Below, one piece after another: positions 1 through 10,913 of a stretch of DNA of 64,000 nt. The notes under the pieces were generated by a model that had not been told where the DNA came from, did no database searches, and saw nothing but the letters and a program-made list of their open reading frames with translations. This DNA is from Campylobacterota bacterium (GTDB taxonomy: Bacteria > Campylobacterota > Campylobacteria > Campylobacterales > Sulfurimonadaceae), in contig JAYEKO010000015.1 of the NCBI GenBank assembly GCA_034661055.1, positions 36,950 through 100,949 on the forward strand, given 5' to 3'. Position 1 is the stretch's first letter, and the number at the start of each line of letters is the position of its first letter. A program made the translations under genes and the position numbers.

Positions 1-104
1 TTCATATCAGAGGTTAGTGCAGCAATAAAAGCCGCTTCAGAGCTAAAAGGAAGAATGGTTGCTGCTAAAAAAGCAGCGAAAAAAAGAGCAGTGGCCTCAA
101 CCAT
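1..104 (-). CDS. YqaA/DedA-family membrane protein, 5' part only (runs off the window)
   Basis: Not in the ORF track. Hand translation from ATG at 104 gives MVEATALFFAAFLAATILPFSSEAAFIAAL, resembling the YqaA N-terminal 'LF..AFL.ATLLP.SSE' pattern; overlaps the stop of the upstream gene. Confidence 0.75.
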   Translation of the reverse strand, partial: MVEATALFFAAFLAATILPFSSEAAFIAALTSDM

Positions 105-1026
105 CTATGAAAGTTTTAATATTCTCTACAATCTTTGCAATAAGTGAGTCACGTGCTTCAACAGATGTCCATGCAATATGTGGAGTGATGTAAAGTGCCT
201 CTTGGTTTTTTACATGTAAAAGTGGATGATTCTCTTTCATAGGCTCAACCTCTAAAACATCAAGCCCCACTTTAATATCTTTTACATCAATAATTCGTGA
301 CAATGCCTCTTCATCAACTATTCCGCCACGACCAAGATTAAGTAAAATAGCACCATCTTTAAGTTGCAGAAGTTCTGATTGAGAGATAAGCCCTTTAGTG
401 TTAGTGTTAAGTGGTGCATGAATGGTAATGATGTCACACGTCTCAAGCATACTGCTTAAACCAACTTTAGGGTACGTGCTATCGTTATTTTTATATGACG
501 TTGAATAGTAACAGACCTCAGCACCAAAAGCAGTAGCGACGTTAGCCACCCCTTTACCAATCTCACCTAAACCGATAATACCCCATTTTTTACCTTTTAC
601 CTCAAAAAATGGCTTATCCACATGAGTAAAAATTGGACTCTTTGCCCATGATCCCTCTTTTACATAGTTGTCGTAATAACCTGAACTTCCTGCTAAATAA
701 AAGAGCATTGAAAAGGTGTGCTGAATCACCGACTGTGTTGAGTACCCTGCTACATTTTTTACTTCAATATTTTGAGAAGAGGCCGCATCTAAATCTACAT
801 TATTCATACCGGTAGCGGCCACACAGATGAGCTTTAGATTTTTACATGTAATCATCATCTCTGCAGTTATAACTACTTTGTTAGTTACAATAACATCAGC
901 ATTAACAATACGCTCTTGTGTCTCACCGGCAGTTGTTGTCTGAAAAATCTCTACACTACCAAACTGCTCAAATGCACTAATATCAGTTTCGCCAAATGTG
1001 GCTGCATCTAAAATAACAATTTTCAT
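97..1026 (-). CDS. D-2-hydroxyacid dehydrogenase (glycerate dehydrogenase/HprA-like)
   Basis: GIIGLGEIG Rossmann motif, N-x-GRG, LDV, TPHIAW motifs. Confidence 0.9.
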   Translation of the reverse strand: MKIVILDAATFGETDISAFEQFGSVEIFQTTTAGETQERIVNADVIVTNKVVITAEMMITCKNLKLICVAATGMNNVDLDAASSQNIEVKNVAGYSTQSVIQHTFSMLFYLAGSSGYYDNYVKEGSWAKSPIFTHVDKPFFEVKGKKWGIIGLGEIGKGVANVATAFGAEVCYYSTSYKNNDSTYPKVGLSSMLETCDIITIHAPLNTNTKGLISQSELLQLKDGAILLNLGRGGIVDEEALSRIIDVKDIKVGLDVLEVEPMKENHPLLHVKNQEALYITPHIAWTSVEARDSLIAKIVENIKTFIDG

Positions 1027-2189
1027 TATACGTCTTTTATTTTTTTAATAAGCTCTTTAGATTGCGCCAAAGCACTCTCAACTTCATCAAACACAAGCGC
1101 TACAGCCAATCTACGTCCTACATGGGCTTCTGGTTTTGAGAAGACTCTCACATAGCTATTATCGCTAAAGAGTGAATCATCTACTTCTACCACTGGGGCC
1201 TGAGAACTCACTTCTGATTTAAAGGCAGCACTCGCACCATCACCATAGAATGTAAAGCCTAACGGAAGTCCAAGAACTGCACGAACATGAAGCGCAAACT
1301 CACTCTGACTCTGAGTAATGAGTGTTACCATTCCTGTATCGTGTGGGCGTGGGCTGAGTTCTGAGAAATAGACTTCATCACCACAAACAAACATCTCTAC
1401 ACCAAAAAGGCCACTACCTCCAAGTCCATCAGTTACGGTTTTAGCCATAACTTGTGCGCGATCTTTTGCAATGTCACTCATCTGCATCGGCTGCCAGCTA
1501 AAAACATAGTCTCCATCTTTTTGGATGTGTCCAATAGGCTCACAAAAGACCGTCTCTTTCTCATTTCGAACCGTTAACAGTGTAATCTCATAGTCAAATT
1601 TAATAAAAGCTTCTACAATCAACTCACTAGCATCACCGCGAGCCTCTTTTGCAATTTCCCATGATGCTGCCAAGTCATCAGTGCTTTTTGCCACACTCTG
1701 ACCATGACCAGAACTACTCATAACCGGTTTAATAACACAAGGAAAATCTAATCTATCTGCAGCGCTACAGAGCTCTTCATAAGTAGATACAAACTCATAA
1801 CCACCTGTTTTAACCCCTAACTCTTCTGCTGCAAAACGTCGAATATTTTTACGGTTCATTGTTTTATTTACCGCTTCAGCATTAGGAATAACATTAAACC
1901 CCTCTGCCTCTGCTTTAAAAAGAGCATCTATACTAATGGCTTCAATCTCTGGCAGAATATAATCAGGTTTTTCATGACGAATAATCTCTAAAATTGCTTC
2001 ACAGTCTTGCATATTGACTACATGAGAACGGTTAGCCACTAAATGAGCTGGAGCATTTTCATAACGGTCAACTGCGATGACTTCAAGACCGAGACGCTGT
2101 GCCTCAATGGCAACCTCTTTTCCAAGCTCTCCTGAGCCTAAAAGCATAATCCGTTTTGAGTTACTTTTTAATGGTGCTGAAAATTGCAT
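1026..2189 (-). CDS. purT: formate-dependent phosphoribosylglycinamide formyltransferase
   Basis: [32 protein letters not shown] motifs. Confidence 0.97.
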   Translation of the reverse strand: MQFSAPLKSNSKRIMLLGSGELGKEVAIEAQRLGLEVIAVDRYENAPAHLVANRSHVVNMQDCEAILEIIRHEKPDYILPEIEAISIDALFKAEAEGFNVIPNAEAVNKTMNRKNIRRFAAEELGVKTGGYEFVSTYEELCSAADRLDFPCVIKPVMSSSGHGQSVAKSTDDLAASWEIAKEARGDASELIVEAFIKFDYEITLLTVRNEKETVFCEPIGHIQKDGDYVFSWQPMQMSDIAKDRAQVMAKTVTDGLGGSGLFGVEMFVCGDEVYFSELSPRPHDTGMVTLITQSQSEFALHVRAVLGLPLGFTFYGDGASAAFKSEVSSQAPVVEVDDSLFSDNSYVRVFSKPEAHVGRRLAVALVFDEVESALAQSKELIKKIKDV

Positions 2190-2348
2190 ACCTGTCCTTG
2201 TAAAATATAAGTTTGTAATTATATCGAGGAATCTTTAAAGGATTACTTTTAATTTCTACCTCTTTTCTTACGTTTTTTTTTGATTATATAGATAATTTAT
2301 AATATATAATATATAATTGTTAGTATTAGACTATCACTAGGAGTTCCC

Positions 2349-3161
2349 ATGAAAAAGTTACATGTTCTTGGTTTATCCATATTAGTTGTTCTGCTATCAG
2401 CTTGCTCAACAAAAGATTACAATCGTTTTAATAAAAATGTTGAGGAAGAAACTGTTGTTAAGGAGCTATCTGATAGACAATATAACAGTGAAGCACTCTT
2501 TGAGTGGAAAATCAGAAAGGGTGATCGCGTTGAAATCACTGCCTTTAACCAGTCCTCTACTGGCTCAGGTACATTAAGTCAACTTTTAAGCACAGGTGGT
2601 CAACGTAATGACACTAATCGTGTTGGTGATGAAGGCATGCTTATTCTTTCAAGTGGTCAAGTCAATTTACCTCTTGTAGGGCTTGTTAAAATCAGTGGCC
2701 TGACTGAGACTGAAGCGGCGGAAAAATTAATTAAAGAGTATAAAAAATACCTTCGTAACCCTTATGTCGCAGTCAAAATTCTTAATCAGAGGCTTTTTGT
2801 TTTAGGCGAAGTTAGAAGTCCAGGTACCCTTCTTGTCACCAATGGGACTATGACTTTATTTGAAGCACTTGCAAGTAGCGGCGATATTACGGATCAAGCA
2901 AAACGCACTAATATTAAAATTATACGTGGAAGTTTACGTAATCCTGAAATACGTGAAGTTGATTTGACAGATTTAAATTCCATTCGCTACAACAGTCTAA
3001 TATTACAACCAAATGATATTGTCTATGTTGATGCTCGAGACGCTAAAGGCTCAAACGTTGCTATTGCAGAAGAGATGCCATTATTACAGTTAATTTCTGC
3101 TATCTTAAACCCATTTACTCAAGCAGCTATTATCAATGATGGATTTGATTTAAATAACTAA
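2349..3161 (+). CDS. polysaccharide export lipoprotein (Wza/Poly_export + SLBB domains)
   Basis: Lipobox LLSAC; GDRVEI, LPLVG, Y-LRNP-V-V, VLGEV..PG, LQPNDIVYV; GGAG RBS. Confidence 0.85.
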   Translation: MKKLHVLGLSILVVLLSACSTKDYNRFNKNVEEETVVKELSDRQYNSEALFEWKIRKGDRVEITAFNQSSTGSGTLSQLLSTGGQRNDTNRVGDEGMLILSSGQVNLPLVGLVKISGLTETEAAEKLIKEYKKYLRNPYVAVKILNQRLFVLGEVRSPGTLLVTNGTMTLFEALASSGDITDQAKRTNIKIIRGSLRNPEIREVDLTDLNSIRYNSLILQPNDIVYVDARDAKGSNVAIAEEMPLLQLISAILNPFTQAAIINDGFDLNN

Positions 3162-3184
3162 CAGCTCTAATAGCTGTTAGTTAT
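3154..3184. terminator. inverted repeat between convergent wza-like and ugd genes (probable bidirectional terminator)
   Basis: ATAACTAACAGCT-ctaat-AGCTGTTAGTTAT, 13-bp arms containing both stop codons. Confidence 0.7.
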
Positions 3185-4346
3185 CACTATTAAAGATATC
3201 TCTTGTGTAGACCTTTTCTTGCACGTCAAGTAGTTCTTCAGAGAGTCTGTTGGCTACTATAACATCACTGAGTATTTTAAACTCAGCTAGGTTTTTAATG
3301 ACTTTTGAGCGAAAAAACTCCTCTTCTTCAAGTACTGGTTCATAAATAATAACTTTGATGCCTTTAGCTTTAATGCGCTTCATAATTCCCTGAATAGCAG
3401 AGGCTCTAAAGTTATCACTTCCACTTTTCATAACCAGCCTGTAAATACCAACAACTTTTGGATTTCTATCTATAATGCTCTTGGCAATAAAATCTTTTCG
3501 TGTTGTATTTGCTTCTACTATGGCGCCTATTAAACTATTGGGAACATCTTTGTAGTTTGCGCGTAGCTGCTTAGTGTCTTTTGGCAAACAGTAGCCTCCA
3601 TAGCCAAAAGAAGGGTTATTGTAATGATTTCCAATTCTAGGGTCAAGTCCAACACCCTCAATAATCTGCTTGGTGTCTAATCCTTGTGATGCTGCATAGG
3701 AGTCTAACTCATTAAAATAAGATACTCTCATCGCTAAGTAGGTATTTGAAAATAGTTTCACAGCTTCTGCTTCAGTGGAGTCGGTAAAAAGTGTATCTAT
3801 ATCCTCTTTAATAGCACCCTCAGCTAATAGCTTGGCAAAGGTTTCGGCCCGCTCGGATTTTTCACCTACAATAATTCGTGATGGGTAAAGATTATCATAA
3901 AGTGCTTTTCCTTCTCTAAGAAACTCAGGGGAGAAGATGAGATTATTGGTATCTAATTCTTTACTAATCTGTTTTGTAAAACCAACAGGTACAGTTGACT
4001 TAATAACCATTGTTGCATCAGGATTAATCTGCATAACATCTTTAATTACGCGCTCCACTAACGATGTGTCAAAATAGTGTGTCTGTGTATCATAATCAGT
4101 TGGTGTTGCAATAATGACATACTCAGCACCACTATAAGCTTCATTTTTATCTAATGTTGCTTTGAAGTTTAAAGGCTTGTTCGCTAAATACTCTTGTATC
4201 TCTGTATCTTCTATGGGGGACTCTTTTTGGTTAAGCATCTCTACTTTTTTACCAATGACATCTAATGCTATGACCTCATTATGTTGTGCTAATAGTATTC
4301 CATTTGAGAGACCGACATACCCTGTTCCTGCTATGGCTATTTTCAT
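3177..4346 (-). CDS. ugd: UDP-glucose 6-dehydrogenase
   Basis: [28 protein letters not shown] at 4346 is better spaced from GGAGA than the TTG at 4352. Confidence 0.95.
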   Translation of the reverse strand: MKIAIAGTGYVGLSNGILLAQHNEVIALDVIGKKVEMLNQKESPIEDTEIQEYLANKPLNFKATLDKNEAYSGAEYVIIATPTDYDTQTHYFDTSLVERVIKDVMQINPDATMVIKSTVPVGFTKQISKELDTNNLIFSPEFLREGKALYDNLYPSRIIVGEKSERAETFAKLLAEGAIKEDIDTLFTDSTEAEAVKLFSNTYLAMRVSYFNELDSYAASQGLDTKQIIEGVGLDPRIGNHYNNPSFGYGGYCLPKDTKQLRANYKDVPNSLIGAIVEANTTRKDFIAKSIIDRNPKVVGIYRLVMKSGSDNFRASAIQGIMKRIKAKGIKVIIYEPVLEEEEFFRSKVIKNLAEFKILSDVIVANRLSEELLDVQEKVYTRDIFNSDN

Positions 4347-4348
4347 AT

Positions 4349-5554
4349 TCAACTCTCCTTTAGCTTCTCTTTTAAAATAATTTTCCCTGCTTCAACACCT
4401 GGTTGATCATAGGTGTTAATTTGAACAAATTTTCCTACAATTGAGGTTAGTAACTGGTAGTTAAACATCAGTTTAGCAATGTTATATTCATCCTGTTTGT
4501 CAATAGTAATAACATCACAAGGGATATCTTTTAGGTCTTGTATGGCCTTTATAGTTGCATCTGCTTGATGCGCTATTAGTTGTGAAAACTCCAAACCATC
4601 TATGTACTCTAAGTCATCAAAACCAGTTAGCGTTCCTGATGGTATAACTGTAGTGTCTTGGAAGTCGTCAATTTTAATAAAGGTAACGGTTTTATCTCTC
4701 ATACCCTCTGCTATGAGTTGTAAAAAACTGTGCTGATCTACTGGTCCAATCAGGCCGATAGGCGTGAGTGCCTGACGTGTTTGATTTACATTAAACTTTC
4801 CTAAACTCTCACCCCAGAGCTGTACATACCACTTGTTAAAGCCCTCTAATGCTGTTGAGTAGCTAAAAAGGACATTGATGTTAAATCGGTACTTGTTTTC
4901 TACCATAAACCTTGCTTTTTCCATCGTTAGTTTATAATATTCACCTTTAGAGAAGAAGTTCTCTTTTACCTCTTTCGCCCCTGATAATAGTTTGTCAATA
5001 TCGACCCCAACAATAGCCAAAGGCAGCAGTCCTACCGCTGAAAATACAGAGAACCTTCCACCTATATTTTTTGGTATTTCAAATGTTTTTATTTTATGTT
5101 TTAAAGCATAAGAGGTTAGTTTACTCTCTTTCTCACTTACAACAACACAGTTTGATTTGTCTATAGTTACCTGCGCACTTAAATACTTAAAAATACTTAT
5201 CGTCTCTATTGTCGTTCCCGATTTGCTAACGATAATGAAGCGTGTATCATTTAAATCTAATCTACTCACTTTTGACTTAATATCAATAGGGTCAGTGGAT
5301 TCAAAAAAATCTAAATATTTACTGTAGTTGTTTGATTTTTTAAGAAAATCATAAATAGCAATTGTCCCAAGCGTACTTCCGCCAATTCCAATAACAGCAA
5401 TATGTTTTTGTGTGACTGTTTTTGCAAACTCTTTAATAGATGTAGTATCCTGTAGAGGTAAATTATAATAACCCACATCTTGAACCTCATCTTCTACTGA
5501 TTTAAAAATACTCTCATTTGACTTAATTTGGTAAAAGTTTCTACTATATTGCAT
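4349..5554 (-). CDS. pgi: glucose-6-phosphate isomerase
   Basis: [38 protein letters not shown]. Confidence 0.95.
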   Translation of the reverse strand: MQYSRNFYQIKSNESIFKSVEDEVQDVGYYNLPLQDTTSIKEFAKTVTQKHIAVIGIGGSTLGTIAIYDFLKKSNNYSKYLDFFESTDPIDIKSKVSRLDLNDTRFIIVSKSGTTIETISIFKYLSAQVTIDKSNCVVVSEKESKLTSYALKHKIKTFEIPKNIGGRFSVFSAVGLLPLAIVGVDIDKLLSGAKEVKENFFSKGEYYKLTMEKARFMVENKYRFNINVLFSYSTALEGFNKWYVQLWGESLGKFNVNQTRQALTPIGLIGPVDQHSFLQLIAEGMRDKTVTFIKIDDFQDTTVIPSGTLTGFDDLEYIDGLEFSQLIAHQADATIKAIQDLKDIPCDVITIDKQDEYNIAKLMFNYQLLTSIVGKFVQINTYDQPGVEAGKIILKEKLKES

Positions 5555-5570
5555 TTAAGACTCCTAAATC

Positions 5571-6425
5571 CTAACTCTTTTTTTCATAAAAATAGTTAGT
5601 CGCTTCAACAAACCCATCAACTGAACCACAGTCAAAACGTCTTCCTTCAAATTTATAGGCCAATACTTTACCTTGCTTTGCTAAGGTTAAAAGAGCATCT
5701 GTAATCTGGATTTCACCACCTTTGCCTGGCTTTGTCTCCTCAAGAACATCAAAAATCTCTGGTATTAAGATATATCTTCCAATAATAGCTAAATTACTGG
5801 GAGCATCTTTTGGGTCTGGCTTTTCTACCATGTTATTAACTTGAAAAAGATTAGGTGCAATCTCCTCTCCTGCAATAACACCATATTTATTAGTCTGCTC
5901 TTTAGGAACTTCTTCTATTGCAACAATACAGCAATCAGAATACTTCTCATAAATATCAATCATTTGGCTTAAAACAGCTTTGCCGCCATTATCACACAAG
6001 TCATCTGCTAAAATAACTGCAAATGGCTCTTCTCCTATAAGTGTATGACCTGTTAATATCGCATGACCAAGACCTTTCATCTCTACTTGCCTTGTATAGC
6101 TAAAAGTATATTGGCTGACAATATCTCTAACTTCTGTCATCAAGCACTCTTTTGAGGTGCCATCTATCTGATGTTCTAGCTCATAAGACCTATCAAAATG
6201 GTCTTCAATAGCCCGCTTTCCACGACCTGTAACAATAGCCATAGTATCTATTCCCGCTTCAATAGCCTCTTCTACACCATACTGAAGTAACGGTTTAGTC
6301 AATACAGGTAGCATCTCTTTAGGAATCGCTTTAGTTGCTGGTAAAAACCGTGTTCCATACCCTGCTGCCGGAAATAGGCATTTCACTATGCTATGGTCTT
6401 CTTTTCTACGCTTCAAATTACTCAT
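5571..6425 (-). CDS. galU: UTP-glucose-1-phosphate uridylyltransferase
   Basis: PAAGYGTRFLPATKAIPKEMLP, GLGHA, GEIQITDA; start uncertain (6425 vs 6455). Confidence 0.95.
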   Translation of the reverse strand: MSNLKRRKEDHSIVKCLFPAAGYGTRFLPATKAIPKEMLPVLTKPLLQYGVEEAIEAGIDTMAIVTGRGKRAIEDHFDRSYELEHQIDGTSKECLMTEVRDIVSQYTFSYTRQVEMKGLGHAILTGHTLIGEEPFAVILADDLCDNGGKAVLSQMIDIYEKYSDCCIVAIEEVPKEQTNKYGVIAGEEIAPNLFQVNNMVEKPDPKDAPSNLAIIGRYILIPEIFDVLEETKPGKGGEIQITDALLTLAKQGKVLAYKFEGRRFDCGSVDGFVEATNYFYEKKS

Positions 6426-6573
6426 AACTACCCCATGTACTATTTTAAAATTCACTCTAAATTAAAATATTTCTATTTATGTAAAAGAATAGCATAAAAT
6501 AAATCATGACATAATGAATCTGTTAGTTTAAAGAAAAAGTAGAAAGAAGTAGTGGTTAATAAGAGAGGGTAAC

Positions 6574-6594
6574 AACTTGCCCGAAGGCTAAGTT
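6574..6594 (-). terminator. hairpin after rpsU (UUCG tetraloop)
   Basis: Minus strand AACTT-A-GCC-TTCG-GGC-AAGTT right after the rpsU stop. Confidence 0.55.
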
Positions 6595-6595
6595 A

Positions 6596-6808
6596 TTACA
6601 GACGTGATTCGTAACGTCTCATCATATAAAGACGTTTAAGCATTTTCTTACGAGCTGAAATTTTCTGCTTCTTGCGCTTTTCAGTTTCTGTTTCGTGGAA
6701 ACGACGAGCACGTGCTTCAGTAACAATCAGATTACGATCTGTCTGTTTTTTGAAACGACGGTAAGAGGCATCAAAGTTATCATCATGACGTAGTACAATA
6801 CCTGGCAT
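6596..6808 (-). CDS. rpsU: 30S ribosomal protein S21
   Basis: 70 aa basic protein, MPGI...[22 protein letters not shown]. Confidence 0.97.
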   Translation of the reverse strand: MPGIVLRHDDNFDASYRRFKKQTDRNLIVTEARARRFHETETEKRKKQKISARKKMLKRLYMMRRYESRL

Positions 6809-6892
6809 TCACATCACCTACTTTCTGTTAAAATTTTTAGGACCGAATTATAGCCAAATAAATTTCAAAGTACAAGTCAGTTATAATTCCTT

Positions 6893-8539
6893 ATGATTGC
6901 AGCAGACTCCATTGAAGGGCTAAAGGCCCGGCTTGATATTGTTGATGTTATTGGCGGCTACATTGAGCTGCGAAAAGCGGGGGCAAACCATAAGGGAAAT
7001 TGCCCTTTTCATGATGAAAAAACACCCAGTTTTGTAGTCAGTCCACAAAAACAAATCTACCACTGTTTTGGCTGTGGTGCCGGCGGAGACAGCATTAAGT
7101 TTGTTATGGAGCATGACAAGCTCAGCTACCCTGAAGCTATCGAAAAACTGGCAGACTCATGTAACTATACGCTCTCCTACACTAAAGGTACTCAAAAAAA
7201 GACCGATACAAAGATTATTGAATCTCTAAATGGATGGTATCAGACACTTTTAGAAAAAAACATCACTGCTAAATCCTACTTAGTTGAACGTGGGATTTAT
7301 GCCTCTTCAATTGAGCGCTTTGGTATTGGTTATGCTCCCTCTTCAAACGATACACTCAACTATTTAAAAAGTAATATGTACAATATGACAGAAGCCATTG
7401 AGCTAGGTGTAGTTGGTAGTGGCGAGAACAATATTTATGCCCGTTTTATTGAACGTATTACCTTTCCGATCTATGCAGCAAATGGTACTGCTGTAGGTTT
7501 TGGAGGACGGACAATCAGTGGACACTCTGCCAAATATGTCAACTCTCCGCAAACCAAACTGTTTAATAAATCACGTCTTCTTTATGCTTATGATGTAGCT
7601 AAGGATGCCATCTACAAAAAAAGCGAGATGATTGTAACCGAGGGCTATCTTGATGTCATAATGCTCCATCAGGCAGGCTTTAACAATGCCGTAGCAACAC
7701 TTGGAACGGCTTTAACACCTGAACATCTGCCGCTACTGCGTAAAGGTGACCCACGCATCATTATGGCCTATGATGGAGATAATGCCGGAATAGCTGCAGC
7801 ACTGAAAGCAGCTAAGCTTTTAAGTGCTGCCGGATTTGATGGGGGTGTGGTTATTTTTGCAGAGGGAGTTGACCCTGCTGATATGGTAAAAAATGGAAAA
7901 ATTGAGGAGTTAAACACCCTCTTTCGTTCGGCAAAGCCTTTTATTGAGTTTGTTCTTGATTTAGGAATTGGTCAATACGATTTAAGCAATCCCAAAGAGA
8001 AAGAGAAAGCGATGCATGAGGGAGTGGGCTACCTAAAAACACTCTCACCACTGCTACAAGAGGAGTATAAAAACTACTTTTCATCCAGACTTGGGCTCTC
8101 TCCATCACTCATTAAGATCTCTGCTCAGACTCAAAATAGCAGCACTACTGCACCTGTTAGCAACTATGGTGATGCGTGGGAGCGCAGTTTAATTAAAACA
8201 GCCGTAGAAAACCCCCAGTACATTAACCAGATTGTCGACTCTTTTAGCAGTTCACTGCTTCAGCATCATGCTAATGAGCTCGAACTTGTTCTGCGTGGGC
8301 AACTTGATGACCCACGAGTCATGGCTATTGTCATAGATGATAAGAACCCAAGTTTTAAAGATACACAACATCTTAACGACAATCTAATCTTTTTTCTTAG
8401 AAACCACTATGAAAAAGCTCTAAAACAGGTAAAATTTCAACAAGAGTTACCACTAGATAAAAAATCTTTTCTTATACGATCATACAGAAATAAAATTGCA
8501 AAATTAAAACGGGGCGAGTTAGTACCCTATGAAGGATAA
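6893..8539 (+). CDS. dnaG: DNA primase
   Basis: CPFHDEKTPSF/CFGC zinc finger, KYVNSP, EGYLDV, YDGDNAG TOPRIM motifs. Confidence 0.97.
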   Translation: MIAADSIEGLKARLDIVDVIGGYIELRKAGANHKGNCPFHDEKTPSFVVSPQKQIYHCFGCGAGGDSIKFVMEHDKLSYPEAIEKLADSCNYTLSYTKGTQKKTDTKIIESLNGWYQTLLEKNITAKSYLVERGIYASSIERFGIGYAPSSNDTLNYLKSNMYNMTEAIELGVVGSGENNIYARFIERITFPIYAANGTAVGFGGRTISGHSAKYVNSPQTKLFNKSRLLYAYDVAKDAIYKKSEMIVTEGYLDVIMLHQAGFNNAVATLGTALTPEHLPLLRKGDPRIIMAYDGDNAGIAAALKAAKLLSAAGFDGGVVIFAEGVDPADMVKNGKIEELNTLFRSAKPFIEFVLDLGIGQYDLSNPKEKEKAMHEGVGYLKTLSPLLQEEYKNYFSSRLGLSPSLIKISAQTQNSSTTAPVSNYGDAWERSLIKTAVENPQYINQIVDSFSSSLLQHHANELELVLRGQLDDPRVMAIVIDDKNPSFKDTQHLNDNLIFFLRNHYEKALKQVKFQQELPLDKKSFLIRSYRNKIAKLKRGELVPYEG

Positions 8540-8545
8540 TAATTT

Positions 8546-9523
8546 ATGAAAGCCATCTCACTTTTTAGCGGCGGTTTAGACTCTGCCTTGGCGATTAAAC
8601 TTGTAGTAAATCAAGGAATAGATGTCATTGCCTGTAATATAAATACCGGATTTGGAGCCACTAAGGATCGCGGTGAACATATGAGAAATATGTGCAAACA
8701 AGTAGGTGCTGAGTTTATGGTGATTGATATTCAGAGTGAGTACCTACAAGAGGTACTTTTTGATCCAAAATATGGTTACGGAAAACATTTTAACCCTTGT
8801 ATTGACTGTCATGCCAAGATGTTTGAGGTCGCCAAACGTATTATGGATGATGTTGGAGCAAGCTTTTTAATTAGTGGTGAAGTTCTTGGTCAACGTCCAA
8901 TGAGCCAAAATGCAGATGCTTTGGCTAAAGTACTTGACTTAAGCAGTTGTGATGGGCTACTTATACGTCCACTCTCAGCAAAACTACTAGCACCTACTAT
9001 TGCCGAAGAGCAAGGTTGGGTTGATAGAGAAAAACTTGAAGGCATTAGTGGAAGAAGTCGTGATCGTCAGATGGAACTGGTTAAAGAGTATGAGTTAAAA
9101 GATTATGAGAGTCCAGGGGGTGGATGCCTCCTAACAGATGAGAACTTTACTAAAAAAATGCATGACTTTGTCGCTTATGAACCATTAGAGGTCCGTGATA
9201 TTCCCGTACTTAAGTTTGGTCGCCACTTAAGACTTGATGATGGTGCCAAGCTTGTTGTTGGTCGAAACAAGGATGAAAATGCCTTTATTCAAGATATTGA
9301 CAACAGCAAGTTTTTACATGTAAAAACTGTTGGTATTCCAGGACCCCATGCACTACTCTCAAGCAGTGCCAGTGATGCAGACAAAGCGCTTGCTGCAAAA
9401 ATAGTTCTAAACTACTGTAAAACATCATCAGGCTCTCAATACAACCTTGATTTTGACGGCACACTAGTTGAAGCATCTCCATTTCCAACACGAGAAGAGG
9501 CGACTAAATATTCAATTTTATAA
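8546..9523 (+). CDS. PP-loop ThiI/MnmA-like tRNA sulfurtransferase family protein
   Basis: SGGLDS PP-loop, CIDC, GEVLGQRPMSQ, GGCLL. Confidence 0.75.
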   Translation: MKAISLFSGGLDSALAIKLVVNQGIDVIACNINTGFGATKDRGEHMRNMCKQVGAEFMVIDIQSEYLQEVLFDPKYGYGKHFNPCIDCHAKMFEVAKRIMDDVGASFLISGEVLGQRPMSQNADALAKVLDLSSCDGLLIRPLSAKLLAPTIAEEQGWVDREKLEGISGRSRDRQMELVKEYELKDYESPGGGCLLTDENFTKKMHDFVAYEPLEVRDIPVLKFGRHLRLDDGAKLVVGRNKDENAFIQDIDNSKFLHVKTVGIPGPHALLSSSASDADKALAAKIVLNYCKTSSGSQYNLDFDGTLVEASPFPTREEATKYSIL

Positions 9524-9578
9524 ATTTTTCAATTAATAGTGTGTATACTGTTTCACAACTAATCACAAAGGGTATTTT

Positions 9579-9983
9579 ATGGCAGGTGTTCACTTTTCTT
9601 ATGATGATACAAAATCCCTACTTGAACTTAACATAGGTATTGCAGATAGGCTTGATGATAATAGGTCTGAGAGTTTCACTATTTTATATTGTGACTTTCA
9701 AAAACTGAGTGATGACGCAATTTTACAAAGTTTAGAGCGAGTACTAAGAGGTTCTGATGCTATTGTAAACAGCGAGAAAGACTACTTCTTTATTCTACCC
9801 TACACTGACAAATACGGCTCTACCATCGTTAAAAATATGTTTGAAGAATTCTTTGATGTTTATATCCCCTCTTCTGAGGTCAGCTATCCGCTAAATGGTG
9901 AAACACCCCAAGAGCTACTATTTTCACTCCAAGCAGGCGTACATAAACTTCTAAACAGAGACTTGGAGTGTCTTGACCTCTAA
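9579..9983 (+). CDS. hypothetical protein, degenerate GGDEF/nucleotide-cyclase-like fold
   Basis: LRGSD...YFFILPYTD...VSYP resembles a GGDEF scaffold without the signature. Confidence 0.5.
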   Translation: MAGVHFSYDDTKSLLELNIGIADRLDDNRSESFTILYCDFQKLSDDAILQSLERVLRGSDAIVNSEKDYFFILPYTDKYGSTIVKNMFEEFFDVYIPSSEVSYPLNGETPQELLFSLQAGVHKLLNRDLECLDL

Positions 9984-9988
9984 AAAAA

Positions 9989-10471
9989 CTACTCTTTAAA
10001 AGAGTAGTACGATGACTTTTTATAGTAAGCCAATGCTTCTTCAAGCTCAATTTTATGCAAAAGATGTACATCATATATACATAAACAAGGTTTAGGAGAG
10101 ACGACTTTAGGCAGAAGTTGTAGAGCCTTTTTGCTAGCGTTACTCAAATCTTCTATTGCAACACCTTTTTTCTCAAGTGTAGCTACTGCTTTTTTGACAG
10201 ACCCACCTACAATAAAAGCATCACGTGCAATTTTACACCGAATTTTAGGAAGTGCATTTCTAGCTATTTTTTTACTTTTAAAAGGGCCTAAAAAGACTTT
10301 TTTTCTACTATCGGCTTCAATGATGTCATGGTTAAAACCATTCTGTTTTATCTTGATTAAAAAAGACTTTGCTACACCACTAGACTCTTTAATGCTACTA
10401 ACTTGCACCCAATAAGGAGATGCAAAAAGTGATAGAGAAGATGTTAATAAAATTGTGATTACTGTTTTCAT
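9989..10471 (-). CDS. SPOR-domain secreted protein
   Basis: Signal peptide from MKTVIT (10471); YWVQVSS...KVFLGPFKSKK.A...DAFIV. Confidence 0.7.
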   Translation of the reverse strand: MKTVITILLTSSLSLFASPYWVQVSSIKESSGVAKSFLIKIKQNGFNHDIIEADSRKKVFLGPFKSKKIARNALPKIRCKIARDAFIVGGSVKKAVATLEKKGVAIEDLSNASKKALQLLPKVVSPKPCLCIYDVHLLHKIELEEALAYYKKSSYYSFKE

Positions 10472-10503
10472 GAAAGAAGATATCGGCAAAGCCTTAAAAA
10501 GCT

Positions 10504-10755
10504 TTAAACCGTATTGTAACGATTAATGATTTTTTTAACTCTATTTTTGAGTTTACGCAGAGCATCGGTTGAATCTTTTCCGTCTGCTGTTAAATTTTCA
10601 AAATAGACACTATCATCAAATTGAACTTTTGCCACCCATCCAATGGTAGAGTGGTATTTTACTCCAACAAAACGAACTTGACCAAAGTGCTCTTCACATA
10701 ACTCTGTAATTCTCATAATACGATCTGAATCAGTTTTTCTAGATTTATCTGACAT
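10504..10755 (-). CDS. small hypothetical protein
   Basis: AAGGAG RBS 5 nt upstream of ATG at 10755; open frame. Confidence 0.65.
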   Translation of the reverse strand: MSDKSRKTDSDRIMRITELCEEHFGQVRFVGVKYHSTIGWVAKVQFDDSVYFENLTADGKDSTDALRKLKNRVKKIINRYNTV

Positions 10756-10811
10756 TACCACTCCTTATAAAAATATATTTTAGTTATTTTACACTAATTT
10801 TGCAAACAGAA

Positions 10812-10913
10812 CTACTCATCACTTTTGTCGTTAACAGCACGAACAAATCCAACAACACCAACACCCACCACAACTATTAAAAATATAATCTGAACATACT
10901 CTAAAACACCCAT
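10812..10913 (-). CDS. 33-aa single-pass membrane peptide (not in ORF track)
   Basis: [36 protein letters not shown] overlaps the rlmN stop (TAATG); GGAG in the last rlmN codons. Confidence 0.7.
   Translation of the reverse strand: MGVLEYVQIIFLIVVVGVGVVGFVRAVNDKSDE

Noticed and set aside
1..147. Open plus-strand frame (FISEVSAAIKAASELKGRMVAAKK...)
   Set aside because: It is the antisense shadow of the YqaA-like gene, whose minus-strand translation has a recognisable family pattern.
2280..2320. AT-only repeats (TATAATA...) between purT and the wza-like gene
   Set aside because: Low complexity; explained by AT-rich divergent promoters.
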